From Candidatus Binataceae bacterium (GTDB lineage Bacteria > Desulfobacterota > Binatia > Binatales > Binataceae), in the NCBI GenBank assembly GCA_963752805.1, contig CAVWAA010000033.1, positions 10,505 through 74,504 on the forward strand: 64,000 nt of DNA, given 5' to 3'. Below are positions 20,151 to 29,791 of this stretch, one piece after another. The position numbers and the translations under genes are program-made. Every line of letters begins with the position of its first letter. The first letter of the stretch is position 1. A model generated the notes under the pieces. The model saw only the letters and a list, made by a program, of their open reading frames with translations, was not told the origin of the DNA and made no database searches.

Positions 20151-21221
20151 TCACGGTATCTGACCTATCAGCCATTGCTGCACTCCCGGGTCACTGATTA
20201 TGCCAAAATGATCCACGTAGGTCGCGTAAAAATGTGCCGGATTCGGGCTACCCGGATTATTTGGGTCAGGGTCGAGGCCGGCCAACCAAGTCGAACTGTC
20301 GGCAATGACCGTGCCATCACCGAGGTAAACGCTCTCTGCACCCGCGTCAGCAGCAAAATCGATACTGAAAGGGGGCGTATTCGAGAATGAGAACTCGTAC
20401 TCCGTACGGATCTTATCGCCAATTGCCAAGGCGACGGATAACCCTCCGAGCCCATTAGCAAAGATTTCTGCGTAACGCTCGTATCTCCTTGTAGGGACCT
20501 CGCCTGATACTTCAACACTGTTGCTCCAACCTGGCCAGTGTAAAGCGGCATAAGATTGCGGGCTTCCGGCAGGTTGAGAAACGAGAATGCCTTCATCCTC
20601 GGGTGGCAAAAGATCTCAAAGCCCGGAAAGTGATCGAGTGAGCAATGTATATGCGTCATCAATCCCGGCGAAAGTATTGAGCCACCACGCACGTAGTGCA
20701 TCGACCAATGGGTGTACATCTGGGAATTGGTGCAGTTGCCTGAAGGCTTTCGAAGATCCTCGATGCGGCGGCGCTAGCTCAATTACCTTAGCGACACTGA
20801 TCCCTGCTTTTGTTAGCTCCGACAGTGCAGCTCTGATTACGAGACAGCCCATACTGTGCCCTATGAGGACCAGTTGCGAACCATTCAGGACTCCTTGATC
20901 CTTGAGTACGCGGCACAAATGCATACCCGAAGCGCTCGTAGGTTGTCTCCAATCGTAGCCAAAGGGCAGAAAGCTGCTGCCTTCCTTATATCCTTGGCTC
21001 TTGAGAAATTGGAAAAGGGGTTCGTATCCGAACCGGCGACCGGAAAAAACCTTGCCGGGCAATAAAATGCGATGTCCCTCTAACATCCAAGGTTCAAGCA
21101 ACAAGGTCTGAGCGACGGTTCGGATGCTCTCTTCCCACACGCATCTGCCGGTAGGTGCAGGCGCAGTCCATAGTTCAGTTCCCATGATGCCGGGAACAAA
21201 CACCAAGAACACACTAAGCAT
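20151..21221 (-). pseudogene. LCAT/PGAP1-like alpha/beta-hydrolase (lipase) split by one in-frame TGA (pseudogene or read-through)
   Basis: ORF 20616-21221: VFVPGIMGTELW N-terminus and nucleophile elbow LIGHSMG. ORF 20151-20609: GDGTVIADSS (Asp motif) and YVDHFGIISDPGVQQWL (His motif). Both are in one frame, separated by TGA 20616-20618 (..SLSGL*DLLPPEDEG..). Confidence 0.65.
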
Positions 21222-21317
21222 TTAGACCTGTCTCCGAAGAGCCGAGTCTAACCATGCTGACCTTTGGCCGTCAAAATGCGCAAGAAACCGTCTGCCCAGA
21301 TACTGTGCCGATCAGAT

Positions 21318-22178
21318 TCAGGCGTTTAGGCCTGGCTCATAAAAGACCAGCACGCGAGCTTCGATGCTCTCTCTCGCCGGGGCAGAGGCCGGGGCCGTCG
21401 CATCCTCAAATGCAGCATGGGCAGTGAACCGCGCCCGCCCGTCCTCCATCGAATCGAAACCCTTGATGAGCAGCACCTCGTTCATTTGCATCTCCGGAAA
21501 GTAGAACCAGCGATGCCTGGGGCTGAACCTGACCATGTAAACCTCGTGCTTCAAATCGGTCGGGACCAGATCATTTTGGGCAATGCTTCGTGAGTCGCAC
21601 ACCGCGAGCGGCGTGCTCTGCACGGGACCTCTGATCGGCCGCCAGACATTGATCTCCACGAAGCGATGCTTAAGTCGCTGCTCGGCCTCGTCCGCATCCA
21701 GGAGCTCGCGCACGTGCTCCGGACCGGACTTGATCGTGTAGTCGTTGTGCACCGGCGCGACCGGCTCACGCACGCCCTTCTCGCCCGCTCTCGCCTTCAG
21801 GATCGAGCGCACGTCATGGGCGAACACCACGACCTTGACTGCGCCCATGGCGTGCTTGATCAGCCGCTCGACCTCCGGGTAGTAAACCGTGCGGACCTCA
21901 TGCTCGTCGTAGAAATTCGCTACCGCGGTCTGATCGCCAACCAGGACGAATCCCTGTCTGTCCAAAGAGAGCTCTCTGATTATCGGTCGCGCATCGTGAA
22001 TTTGGACCGTATATCGACCGGATCGTCCCGGCCATCCTGCCGCATCAGGTGGTGGCTCGGGCAAACCGGCTGTTCCCGGCTCCTCTACGGGATCGGCTAA
22101 GTAGAGCAGGGAACCTTCAATGTGAGAAACCGCCCCATCCACCGGTTGGTTATCCATGCTGCTGGAGAAGCCTTTCAT
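21318..22178 (-). CDS. CmcJ/NvfI-like oxygenase family protein
   Basis: VHNDYTIKSGPEHVRELL, RFVEINVWRPIRGPVQSTPLAVCDSRSI, HRWFYFPEMQMNEVLLIKGFDS, RESIEARVLVFY: blocks I recognise from the CmcJ-like family (from memory). Confidence 0.7.
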   Translation of the reverse strand: MKGFSSSMDNQPVDGAVSHIEGSLLYLADPVEEPGTAGLPEPPPDAAGWPGRSGRYTVQIHDARPIIRELSLDRQGFVLVGDQTAVANFYDEHEVRTVYYPEVERLIKHAMGAVKVVVFAHDVRSILKARAGEKGVREPVAPVHNDYTIKSGPEHVRELLDADEAEQRLKHRFVEINVWRPIRGPVQSTPLAVCDSRSIAQNDLVPTDLKHEVYMVRFSPRHRWFYFPEMQMNEVLLIKGFDSMEDGRARFTAHAAFEDATAPASAPARESIEARVLVFYEPGLNA

Positions 22179-22179
22179 G

Positions 22180-22983
22180 TCAACTAGATCGTCTGCCGAT
22201 CATAATCATCACGGGAGAATTCGCCATAAGTGCTCTTCCTCGGTAGTCGCCGAGCGTTTCCTCGACTTCGTACCCGGTGTGACTAAAGAGCAGGCGCAGT
22301 TCGCGGGGAAAGAAAACGTGGCATGCAAAGTCGTCGATATAACTTTCGACCGCGCGTCCGTGTTGATACTTCTCGTACATAAACCGGATCTGAGCGCGTT
22401 GCTCGTGGCTGAGATAGCGCGTGGTCTTCCGCCGAATCAGTCGGGTACCATCGCGTTCATCGATGTTGTCGATGTCAATCTCTACTGGCATACGCGGCGG
22501 GACATTGAAGGAATCCACGAACGAGGCCATATTGGGCATCGTGGCTTCGACCAGCAGCCGTCCTCCCAGTCGAAGATTATCGTGACAAGTTTTCCATACC
22601 GCGAGCTGGTCTTCCAGGCTGAGCACATGCGTTATCGACGAAGCTGGAATCAGAATCAGATCGAAGTCAGAGCCGGCGGACCAAGTTCGCATGTCGCCAG
22701 CAATAAATTGAAGTCGCTGACGGATTTCAGAAGGGGCTTGCCTCCGGCGCTCTTCGGCCTTTTGTAGCATCTCGGGTTGATTGTCGAGACCGACCATGTC
22801 AAAGCCGAGTTGCGCCAACGGCAGCGTGATTCTTCCCGTTCCACAACCAAGTTCCAGAACCTTGCGTGGCGCAAGCCTCCGGCTCAACGACAGGTAAAAC
22901 CCGATGTCCTCGTCGTCACCCAGATGCTCGCGGTCGTATTCCTCGGGATGTTTGTAGAGATCGCTCATCGTTGTTACCTGCAC
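22180..22983 (-). CDS. class-I SAM-dependent methyltransferase
   Basis: Motif I VLELGCGTGRITLPLAQLG, post-I GLDNQPEML; stop abuts the CmcJ-like ORF. Confidence 0.85.
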   Translation of the reverse strand: MQVTTMSDLYKHPEEYDREHLGDDEDIGFYLSLSRRLAPRKVLELGCGTGRITLPLAQLGFDMVGLDNQPEMLQKAEERRRQAPSEIRQRLQFIAGDMRTWSAGSDFDLILIPASSITHVLSLEDQLAVWKTCHDNLRLGGRLLVEATMPNMASFVDSFNVPPRMPVEIDIDNIDERDGTRLIRRKTTRYLSHEQRAQIRFMYEKYQHGRAVESYIDDFACHVFFPRELRLLFSHTGYEVEETLGDYRGRALMANSPVMIMIGRRSS

Positions 22984-23398
22984 CCTGTTCTTCGTCTATT
23001 GATCCAATATTCAAGGTCAAACCACCCTGCGTGTGAGTCTAACCTGAAACCTTTCGTTGGAACCCAGCGGGTAGCCACTCCCGACCGGAAAGGCTGGCCA
23101 GCCATCCGGAAGCGAGTCTTGCGTGGCGGTGAGGCGACCCACCCTGCGAAGCGTAGACAGCGAATGGGCGGGCCGTGTGATTGAGCCCCGAAATGTCTGG
23201 CAGTCGTGGGAGTCAACACTGTCCAAATGGCGGAAGACAACACCGGAGCGCGGCAGTGGCCGAGTGCAAAAGGTCCCGCCGGGGGCTCTTTCGCCACACG
23301 TATCGCCGGCCGGGCTTTACCGTGTCGTGGCCCGCACCGCCAATCGTTAACCTTAGCGTAGTGTTTCATACTCTAATGCAAACTACTCCTTTGACGGT

Positions 23399-23416
23399 GT
23401 TGTCAAATATGACAAC
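23399..23416. promoter_or_regulatory. perfect palindrome upstream of toxin-antitoxin pair (candidate operator)
   Basis: gttgtca-aata-tgacaac, 7-bp perfect arms, 36 nt upstream of ATG 23452; ttgacg immediately 5' of it. Confidence 0.35.
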
Positions 23417-23451
23417 ATAGCGATATGAGGTGGTAGCGACAGCGACAAGCG

Positions 23452-23799
23452 ATGACCCCAAGAACACGGCCCGTTTCATGGATCAGGGCGGCGCTGAAGG
23501 AATTCGAGACGTTCCCCGAAGGGGCTCGGTCGATCTGCCTGGCCGCCTTGACGATTGCCGCCGAGGGCGGCAAGGCCGATATCGCGAAGCCTATGCACGG
23601 CATGGGGTCGAGCGTGTTCGAGATCGCTCTGGCGTTCCGGGGCGATGCGTTCCGTGTGGTCTAAGCGGCGCAGCTCGCCGAGGAAATCTGGGTCGTCCAC
23701 GCGTTTCAGAAGAAATCGACTCAGGGCATCAAGACGCCCAAGCGCGAGGGCGATCTGATAAAGGACCGTTTGAAGAGGCTGAAGGAGATGTTGCGATGA
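23452..23799 (+). pseudogene. RelE/HigB-type toxin (Gp49-like/DUF891-type) with in-frame TAA
   Basis: ..WIRAALKEFETFPEGAR...GMGSSVFEIALAFRGDAFRVV*AAQLAEEIWVVHAFQKKSTQGIKTPKREGDLIKDRLKRLKEMLR*: TAA at 23662-23664 sits where family members have Tyr (RVVY); same frame continues to TGA 23797-23799, overlapping the antitoxin ATG (ATGA). Confidence 0.7.
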
Positions 23800-24119
23800 A
23801 AAGCGAAAAGCTGGAGGTGGTGCGCGGAAGCGGAAATGTGTTCCGCGATCTGGGGCACAAGAACGCGGATGCCGAGCAGTTCAAGGCGATCCTCGCGGCC
23901 GAAATCATCAAGGCGCTCGACCGGGACGTCCTAAGCGTGCGCGCCGCGCATGGCCGCACGGGGATTGCGGCGGCTGACTTCTCGCGCATCCGCAATGCGG
24001 ACCTGGGGCGCTTCACCGTGGATCGCCTTATGTCAATCATCAACCGGCTCGGGTCGCGCGTGGAGGTAAAAGTCCGGGTGCGGCGCGTAGAAACAGCCGC
24101 GCACGATGTCACGGCGTAA
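23796..24119 (+). CDS. XRE-type HTH antitoxin (HigA-like)
   Basis: MKSEKLEVVRGSGNVFRDLGHKNADAEQFKAILAAEIIKAL...ADFSRIRNADLGRFTVDRLMSIINRLG: recognisable antitoxin family partnering Gp49-like toxins; ATGA overlap with toxin stop. Confidence 0.75.
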   Translation: MKSEKLEVVRGSGNVFRDLGHKNADAEQFKAILAAEIIKALDRDVLSVRAAHGRTGIAAADFSRIRNADLGRFTVDRLMSIINRLGSRVEVKVRVRRVETAAHDVTA

Positions 24120-24272
24120 AGGGAAGGGAAGCATTTGGCGGAGCTGTAGGGGGCAGCATGGTTGACCAGTGAAAGAGCAGGATACCATCACCAATTTATC
24201 AGTCATAAGAATAGGCGGAAAAAACGGGGGTAGGGCCTTAACCCGCGATTCGGCGCGAACGCGTCGCTTCCA

Positions 24273-24534
24273 CTAACCTGGCCGGCGTCGCAAATGCATG
24301 ATGGCGATTACCGAAATATTCTCGGACTCGATCTCGTATAGGAAACCTGTGCATGAGGCGCCGCCTAATCGTGCTACCCGCGAACAGAACACCAGCGTTC
24401 GTATGGGCAACGACGTCGGCCAGCGTGCGTTCGACCTGCCGGATGAAGTCTGCACCCAGGCCGGATGCGTGGGTTTCGTAGAACCTGGCCGCGGCTAGTT
24501 CGCGTTCGGCCCAAGCATGGAAGACAAGGGTCAC
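24273..24534 (-). pseudogene. ParE/RelE-family toxin with one frameshift
   Basis: (GTG)TLVFHAWAERELAAARFYETHASGLGADFIRQVERTLADVVAHTNAGVLFAGSTIRRRLMHRFP then +1 shift to YEIESENISVIAIMHLRRRPG* (ORF 24273-24455). Confidence 0.65.
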
Positions 24535-24645
24535 CGAAGCGCTGCACGCGCTTTCTTGATCACCTTCCCAGCAGGAACTCCCCTAACTTTGCCGCTTTTC
24601 AGCTCGACCGAGCGGCGCTCTATCTCGACGAGCCATTCTCGTTCG
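24343..24645. repeat. direct repeat copy 1 (ParE 5' two-thirds + antitoxin 3' half)
   Basis: Near-identical to 35557-35862 by eye (a few substitutions plus a 3-nt indel at gcggctagttcgcg vs gcggcgattaattcgcg). Confidence 0.85.
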
Positions 24646-24650
24646 AAAAC
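24531..24650 (-). pseudogene. addiction-module antitoxin, C-terminal remnant only
   Basis: ...EREWLVEIERRSVELKSGKVRGVPAGKVIKKARAALR* matches the C-terminal half of the intact copy at 35748-35978; N-terminal half absent; GTGA overlap with toxin start. Confidence 0.5.
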
Positions 24651-25140
24651 AACGGGAAGCTCGGTAAGCCCAAGCGCGCTGGTGTGCGGGGATAGCTCGC
24701 CAATCGCTTTTTGTACATAACGACGCGTTATGGGTACGACCCCGCCCTGGCGCTGGTGTGGCTGCTCGGCGTAGTGATGCTGGGGTTTTGGGGTCCCATT
24801 TCGCCTACAGGTTCGGCATGATCGTGCCGTCTGGGCCGCCGGATTTCCCGCGGCAAAAAAGCGGCGTCATCCCGCCCCAAGATTCTGCGCAAGAGCCTTG
24901 AGACTACTGATCGAGTTGTCGTGTGAGGTCCTCGTGATTCCGCAGTACGACATGGCCCGCTAACTACTGCGAGTAGTTCTGCTTGGGTCGGTGCTCGTGA
25001 AAAGTTGGTTCATTCCCTTCATGATGTTGAGCAAGGGTTTCCCTCACGCCGTCCTTTTCCGAAGCAGTTCTTGACACTTCACAGTCTCGTCAGCTATCTG
25101 TTGCCGATTCGCGTCGAACGTTTCCGACAGGTTGTTTTTC

Positions 25141-25416
25141 ATGGCTAAGCGATTAACTGCAATCTTCACTGTGATTCTAGCCGGGGGTTTTGCCGCGAGT
25201 ACGCCGCCGCCGGTATACGCTCAGCAACACCGGCATCATGCAACTCATAAAGGCTGGAGCGGCGACTATGACGAACATCACCAGTGGCACGACAAATACT
25301 GGTACATCGACAACCGCCCATCTTACGCAAAGCAGCAGCATCATGAGTGGAGCGATGACCGCGATGCGAAGCATCGTGGTAACGAGCGCGAGCCGGGGAA
25401 TGTGCACCCTGAATAA
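25141..25416 (+). CDS. small secreted His-rich protein
   Basis: MAKRLTAIFTVILAGGFAASTPPPVYA signal peptide then HRHHATHKGWSGDYDEHHQWHDKYW...QQHHEW; ATG at 25141. Confidence 0.5.
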   Translation: MAKRLTAIFTVILAGGFAASTPPPVYAQQHRHHATHKGWSGDYDEHHQWHDKYWYIDNRPSYAKQQHHEWSDDRDAKHRGNEREPGNVHPE

Positions 25417-26390
25417 ACATGGGCATTAGCAAAAACGGACAAGGTTCATGCGCCCTGGGCGGCAACCGGCGGGGGGTCAATCGCCAGCTCGTGAACCTTG
25501 GAACCATGGTTTGACGTAGTACATCTGGCCGTTTGGTGGCGCCCGGAAGGTTTCGATAGCCGGCGCCCCCTGCTTCATTAAACCTCTCCCGAATTTGCAT
25601 CCGCTCCGGCGACCGCCGCAAGGGACAGACTAGAAGTGGAGTCCTGTTCTCACGAGCAAGTCTGAGCGACCCCTCTGGCAATTGCAATTTGCGACGCGTT
25701 TTTTGAGCGCAACGCCTTTGGCTGGCGTTCGCAGCCTGCGATTCAGAGGTTCGCGAACCGGTATTGGAAATCAAGAAAACGGTGCGGCGCGATCCGGTGC
25801 TGGCCGCCGACTGCTCGGTGCTATTCCTGGATAAGGTGTCACGGGGTCAGGTACCCGGGCGCCTCTGCCGGCAGGCGGCCACCGCCAGGTCAGGCCGGTT
25901 GCTGGCGCGGTGTTCGCGATTGAGGTGACGCCGCTGCTTGGCGGCCAATGAGAGAGAGCAGTCGGAACGCAGATGATTCTAGGCGAGCTTGATCAACGTC
26001 ATTCGGAAGCGCTTTCATGCAATTGCGCGATGCTAACATCGACTCCTGATGCCTTTCAGTAATGAATCAGGAGTCGCGCCCGAGCGGCCTAAATACTCCA
26101 CCGGAACCGTCCGCCAGTCCTCGGGGTTCGCATGCTGCGACAGCCATCGATGGGAGTGAGAGCGCACGTTCGATGAACGGTGCCCCTCTCTAAATCTCGA
26201 CTACCGTTATGCTGTTGACTGCCATTGCCTTTCCCTCTGTGTCCGCCCGCCTCCCGTCCTCGGGCGGAGCGTGGTGCCGTTTTCGTTTACGTCCCGTTGA
26301 AAAAGAGGGGACGTTTTCCCCAGCCTCTCGCACAAGATCGGAGGCCGGGGGCAAAATTGGATCGGGTGGAGGGGCGCTGAGCGGTTACGA

Positions 26391-27225
26391 TTGTGGATCG
26401 CGAAGACGCGGCGTTCTGCGGACACAGGCCAGGACTCCTTTTCCTGGCGAAGGACGCGCGATGCGGCGAGCTACAGTTCAGGGAATTTGGGGTTGAGAAA
26501 ATTTCGCAGAGTGTGGAATCAGATTGGCGCCGCTTCCAACTTCGGATTCGTCGTCTGGGTTGTGTACGGGATTTTATACGCGTTCGGTCATTGGACGGCC
26601 GCAGCACTGGCTGGGCTTGCGATCATGCTCGCGATAGTTGCAAGGGAGACCCGCACTGCCAATGTCAAGATAATCGACTTAACCTCGCTCGGTTTCTTTG
26701 TTCTTGCCCTGACCATGCTGTTAACGGTCGGCGGCCGAGTTTTCAACCAATTACCACATCATCTTGGTATGGGGCGTGTTTGCGGTGGTCACATGGGCAA
26801 CGATACTGATCGGCTTTCCGTTCACCCTCCAGTTGGCCCGTGAAAGCGCGCCGCGTGAGATCTGGACCGAGCCGCTATTTCATCGGATCCAATTCGCCTT
26901 ACCACAATCTGGGGGGGTAATCTTTACGCTAGACACGGCACTAGCGATCGTCGCGCTCGGCGGTAGCTACGTCAGAATGCTGTCTGTAATTGTCCCCGGC
27001 GCGAGCATGATTTTCGGGTTCCTATTCAGCCGGAATTATCTAGGGCGCTTACCGAAGTATGTTCGGTCCGTCAGCGGGGACGACGCCCCGCGACGACTTG
27101 AGAGAATATCAGCGAGGCATTTTGGCGGAAGCATCACCAGGCACCACAAACGGCAACCACGGAATCGGAAAGCAATAAACAAACGTTCCGCGTACCTCTT
27201 CATAGCAGTCCGTTTTAGTTGCTAG
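26391..27225 (+). pseudogene. integral membrane protein of unknown function, frameshifted near 26750
   Basis: ORF 26391-26843 (..FGFVVWVVYGILYAFGHWTAAALAGLAIMLAIV...GFFVLALTMLLTVGGRVFNQ) continues in ORF 26764-27225 frame as YHIILVWGVFAVVTWATILIGFPFTLQLARESAP...; start codon uncertain (possibly TTG near 26494). Confidence 0.5.
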
Positions 27226-27293
27226 GATGAGGACGCTGTGCGATAGTCTCGAGCTCGAAGGGCGTAGTCTTAATTTCCCTCTGGAGGTCCTTC

Positions 27294-27434
27294 ATGCTGG
27301 TTTTGATCCTCATTCTACTCTTGCTCTTCGGCGGAGGCGGCGGTTATTACGCCTTCGGCCCATACGGGGGTGTCGGCATCGGCGGCATTGTGCTGATTAT
27401 CTTGGTTGTACTTCTTCTCACTGGACGATTGTAA
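27294..27434 (+). CDS. small membrane protein, DUF3309-like (46 aa)
   Basis: Below track size cutoff. GGAGG at 27283-27287; MLVLILILLLLFGGGGGYYAFGPYGGVGIGGIVLIILVVLLLTGRL*, the pattern of DUF3309 proteins. Confidence 0.6.
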   Translation: MLVLILILLLLFGGGGGYYAFGPYGGVGIGGIVLIILVVLLLTGRL

Positions 27435-29632
27435 GCGATCCTATGCGCGGGCTATCTCGAAATCGAAGCAGTGAGTCTTGCAGATTCATTCAGAACTAGG
27501 TTGTCGTGGCCCCACGCAGCGCCGCTCAGCGTCGACGGAGCGGCCCCCGCCGCACGTGTGAATAGCGGCTTGCGGGTTCGCCGAGCTGCTGCCGCAAGCC
27601 CGCTCATACTGATACCGGTCAACTTGCTGAGGTCCTCGAGCAGAATTTCGCACGCGTGAATTGCCCGATCTGCTCGTAGGTAACCGCTTTTCTAACCAAT
27701 CAGATTGCATGAGTCGGTTGGCTGGATGTCCCTGCCTCGACCTCTCGTCGCGCGTCAGGAGTGGAGCCGAGTGACGGCACGTAACGAGCGGTGATTAAAA
27801 CCTTGCTCATGATGAGGAGATCGAATGAATCGGGTCATGGGTCTGAGGGCGCTTTTCCAACCACTGGTGCTGATCGATGCGACTGATATAGAGGTCGATT
27901 CGGCTTCATAGTCGAAGAAAATATCCTCAAGATGCCGCTGGCCCGATATGCTGATAGTCAATCGCCAAGCGGCCAGATTCAGCCATTTGCGCGTCGTATG
28001 AACGGTGTAGCCGCAATTGCCATCGCGCACCTGGATCCCGGCCGGAGTATGGCTTTTTGCGTCTGCTGGAGTGGCTGCTAGCTCCCACTCGATTCCTGAG
28101 AGGCTATTTCACGAAGCGCGGGATTCCGACGTGGAGGCAGTGAGTGACGAATTCTGACGGTCGTTCCACCGTAGTGTTGGCCTTGGGCCTGTTGCCCGCG
28201 GCCTTGTCGAGGCCAATCGCGCGCTGACGCAGCGGCGGCTTTGGTGCTGGCCTGAGGCACATTTCGATATCATCGACGGCACAACTAGGCACCTGAATTC
28301 CGGGTATGTATTGTGAACCGGAGCATCTCTGCTTCCCGGGGAGCGTGGTTCCTGATCGCCGCATCAAGTGCGAGAAGCGTAAGAGGTCCATGAAACTTTC
28401 TCAGACTGAGGTCGCGTCGCTGGTGAGTCGGCGACGAATACATCGCTCTCCTACTGGTTCCCTGTGGCGGCTCCAACCGAATCGTGATAGGTCGCGGTGT
28501 CAGTGAGATCGAAGCTCACGAACAGCTCGTTAGCGAACTCGCCAAGCTGATTGCAAATCCTACCTCTGCGCCGATTCCATAGAGGCCAGAGCCCAGGCAG
28601 CCGGCGTCGTCAATACAACCAGGCGGATAATCCCATCGCCCTTGTCATTAGGTCGTATACGAGAAACTCATGCGCCCAATATATTGTATATGCAGCACTA
28701 CATCTTTTGTAGCGATTTTCTGTTTTGCTTGCAGCTGTGCCTCCGATGGCCGTACGGTGCAGCATCGGTCGCGTCGAGGACCAGCACGATTTCCTCGGGC
28801 ATCCTCATGATGAAGGCGTCAACGGTGTCCAGTCTCGACGGGGACAGGCATAGCGTCACGCGATCCGGTGAGCCTGATACTTCTGGGCGTGGTTGTGTTG
28901 CTCTTAAGGAATTACGGCCTTGGTGAAAACCAGAGCATGGCTCGGGTCGCCGACAACAGCGCGGCGAACGTGAGTGAGATGTACGAAACAATTTCCGAGG
29001 GTAAATGCATTCGCCGCCAGAACACCCGACGCTGACCGTTTTATATTGGGTAATTCTTGAGACTTCGCGTCCCTCGACAAAATAATTTCTTTTGTCGAGA
29101 GATTTGTGCCCGGCCGTTCCGGCAGTAACTACTAACGGACGCCGCCTCTCGCGGACAAGGACGCGCCCTCCAAAGTTTTGCTCCTCGCTGTGCTGTGCTT
29201 GCGGTGCTTCAAAAGAGTTGCTGCGCAACTTCGCTAACCTGCTTTACTTATTCGAAGAGCGTTTCGAAATACGTGGAGTATCACCAGTCAATGCTTCGAT
29301 TGAATCCGTAACACTATAATAGGAGGTGTCACATCAGCTTCCCGCCAGAGCCGTAGCACGGCCGAAAGCTCGTGGTCGCGAATCGGTCGAATGGCGGCTT
29401 CGGACACCATTTAAGCCTCCATTGAGAGGGAGGAGCCCCATGCCCGAATTGGGCCCGTACGGATCTGTGCGGCATGCAGGTTCCAGAGAACCTTCCCTAC
29501 CGCGATTTTAAAACATGGAGGGAACATCAGAGATTGCTCTCCGTTTTACACAAAGATTGTGTAACGCTGCGGGAAGGCTCATATCATTGACGAGCACTGT
29601 TGGAAGAACATTACGGACGGAGTGGGACCATC

Positions 29633-29791
29633 ATGAGTAAAAAACTTAGGCTGTTGCTGTTGGTTCTGGAGGCCATGTCGCTGGCGAGTTGCTGGCCCTT
29701 CGAATCTTACCCACGGCAGCAGACCACGACGACGACCACCACAACATGTCCGGCCGGCACGCAGCTTCAGAGCGATGGGATGTGTCGGTGA
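29633..29791 (+). CDS. small putative lipoprotein with poly-Thr tract
   Basis: MSKKLRLLLLVLEAMSLASC lipobox-like (LASC), then ...QQTTTTTTTTCPAGTQLQSDGMCR. Confidence 0.4.
   Translation: MSKKLRLLLLVLEAMSLASCWPFESYPRQQTTTTTTTTCPAGTQLQSDGMCR

Noticed and set aside
17078-20618. Genome-wide TGA reassignment (TGA read as an amino acid) as the explanation for the in-frame TGAs in the glycosyltransferase and the lipase.
   Set aside because: TGA terminates several well-conserved genes at their expected C-termini: amidohydrolase 8149-8151, DUF58 62001-62003, MoxR 62919-62921 and BatA-N 60128-60130. In addition, TAA and TAG nonsense codons interrupt other genes here, so ordinary nonsense mutation is the simpler explanation. 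Selenocysteine is also unlikely, because neither family is a known selenoprotein and I saw no obvious SECIS-like hairpin, though I could not test this properly.
28698-29228. The 176-aa minus-strand ORF, considered as a possible transposase remnant (..EIVLVLDATDAAPYGH..).
   Set aside because: The resemblance to IS630-type DDE regions rests on a few residues only, and the rest of the ORF is compositionally odd. It is not supportable without a search.
29712-29745. Short codon-level repetition (acgacgacgaccaccacaaca) as a possible repeat array or CRISPR.
   Set aside because: It is only a run of Thr codons inside a small ORF. There is no repeat-spacer periodicity here or elsewhere in the window.
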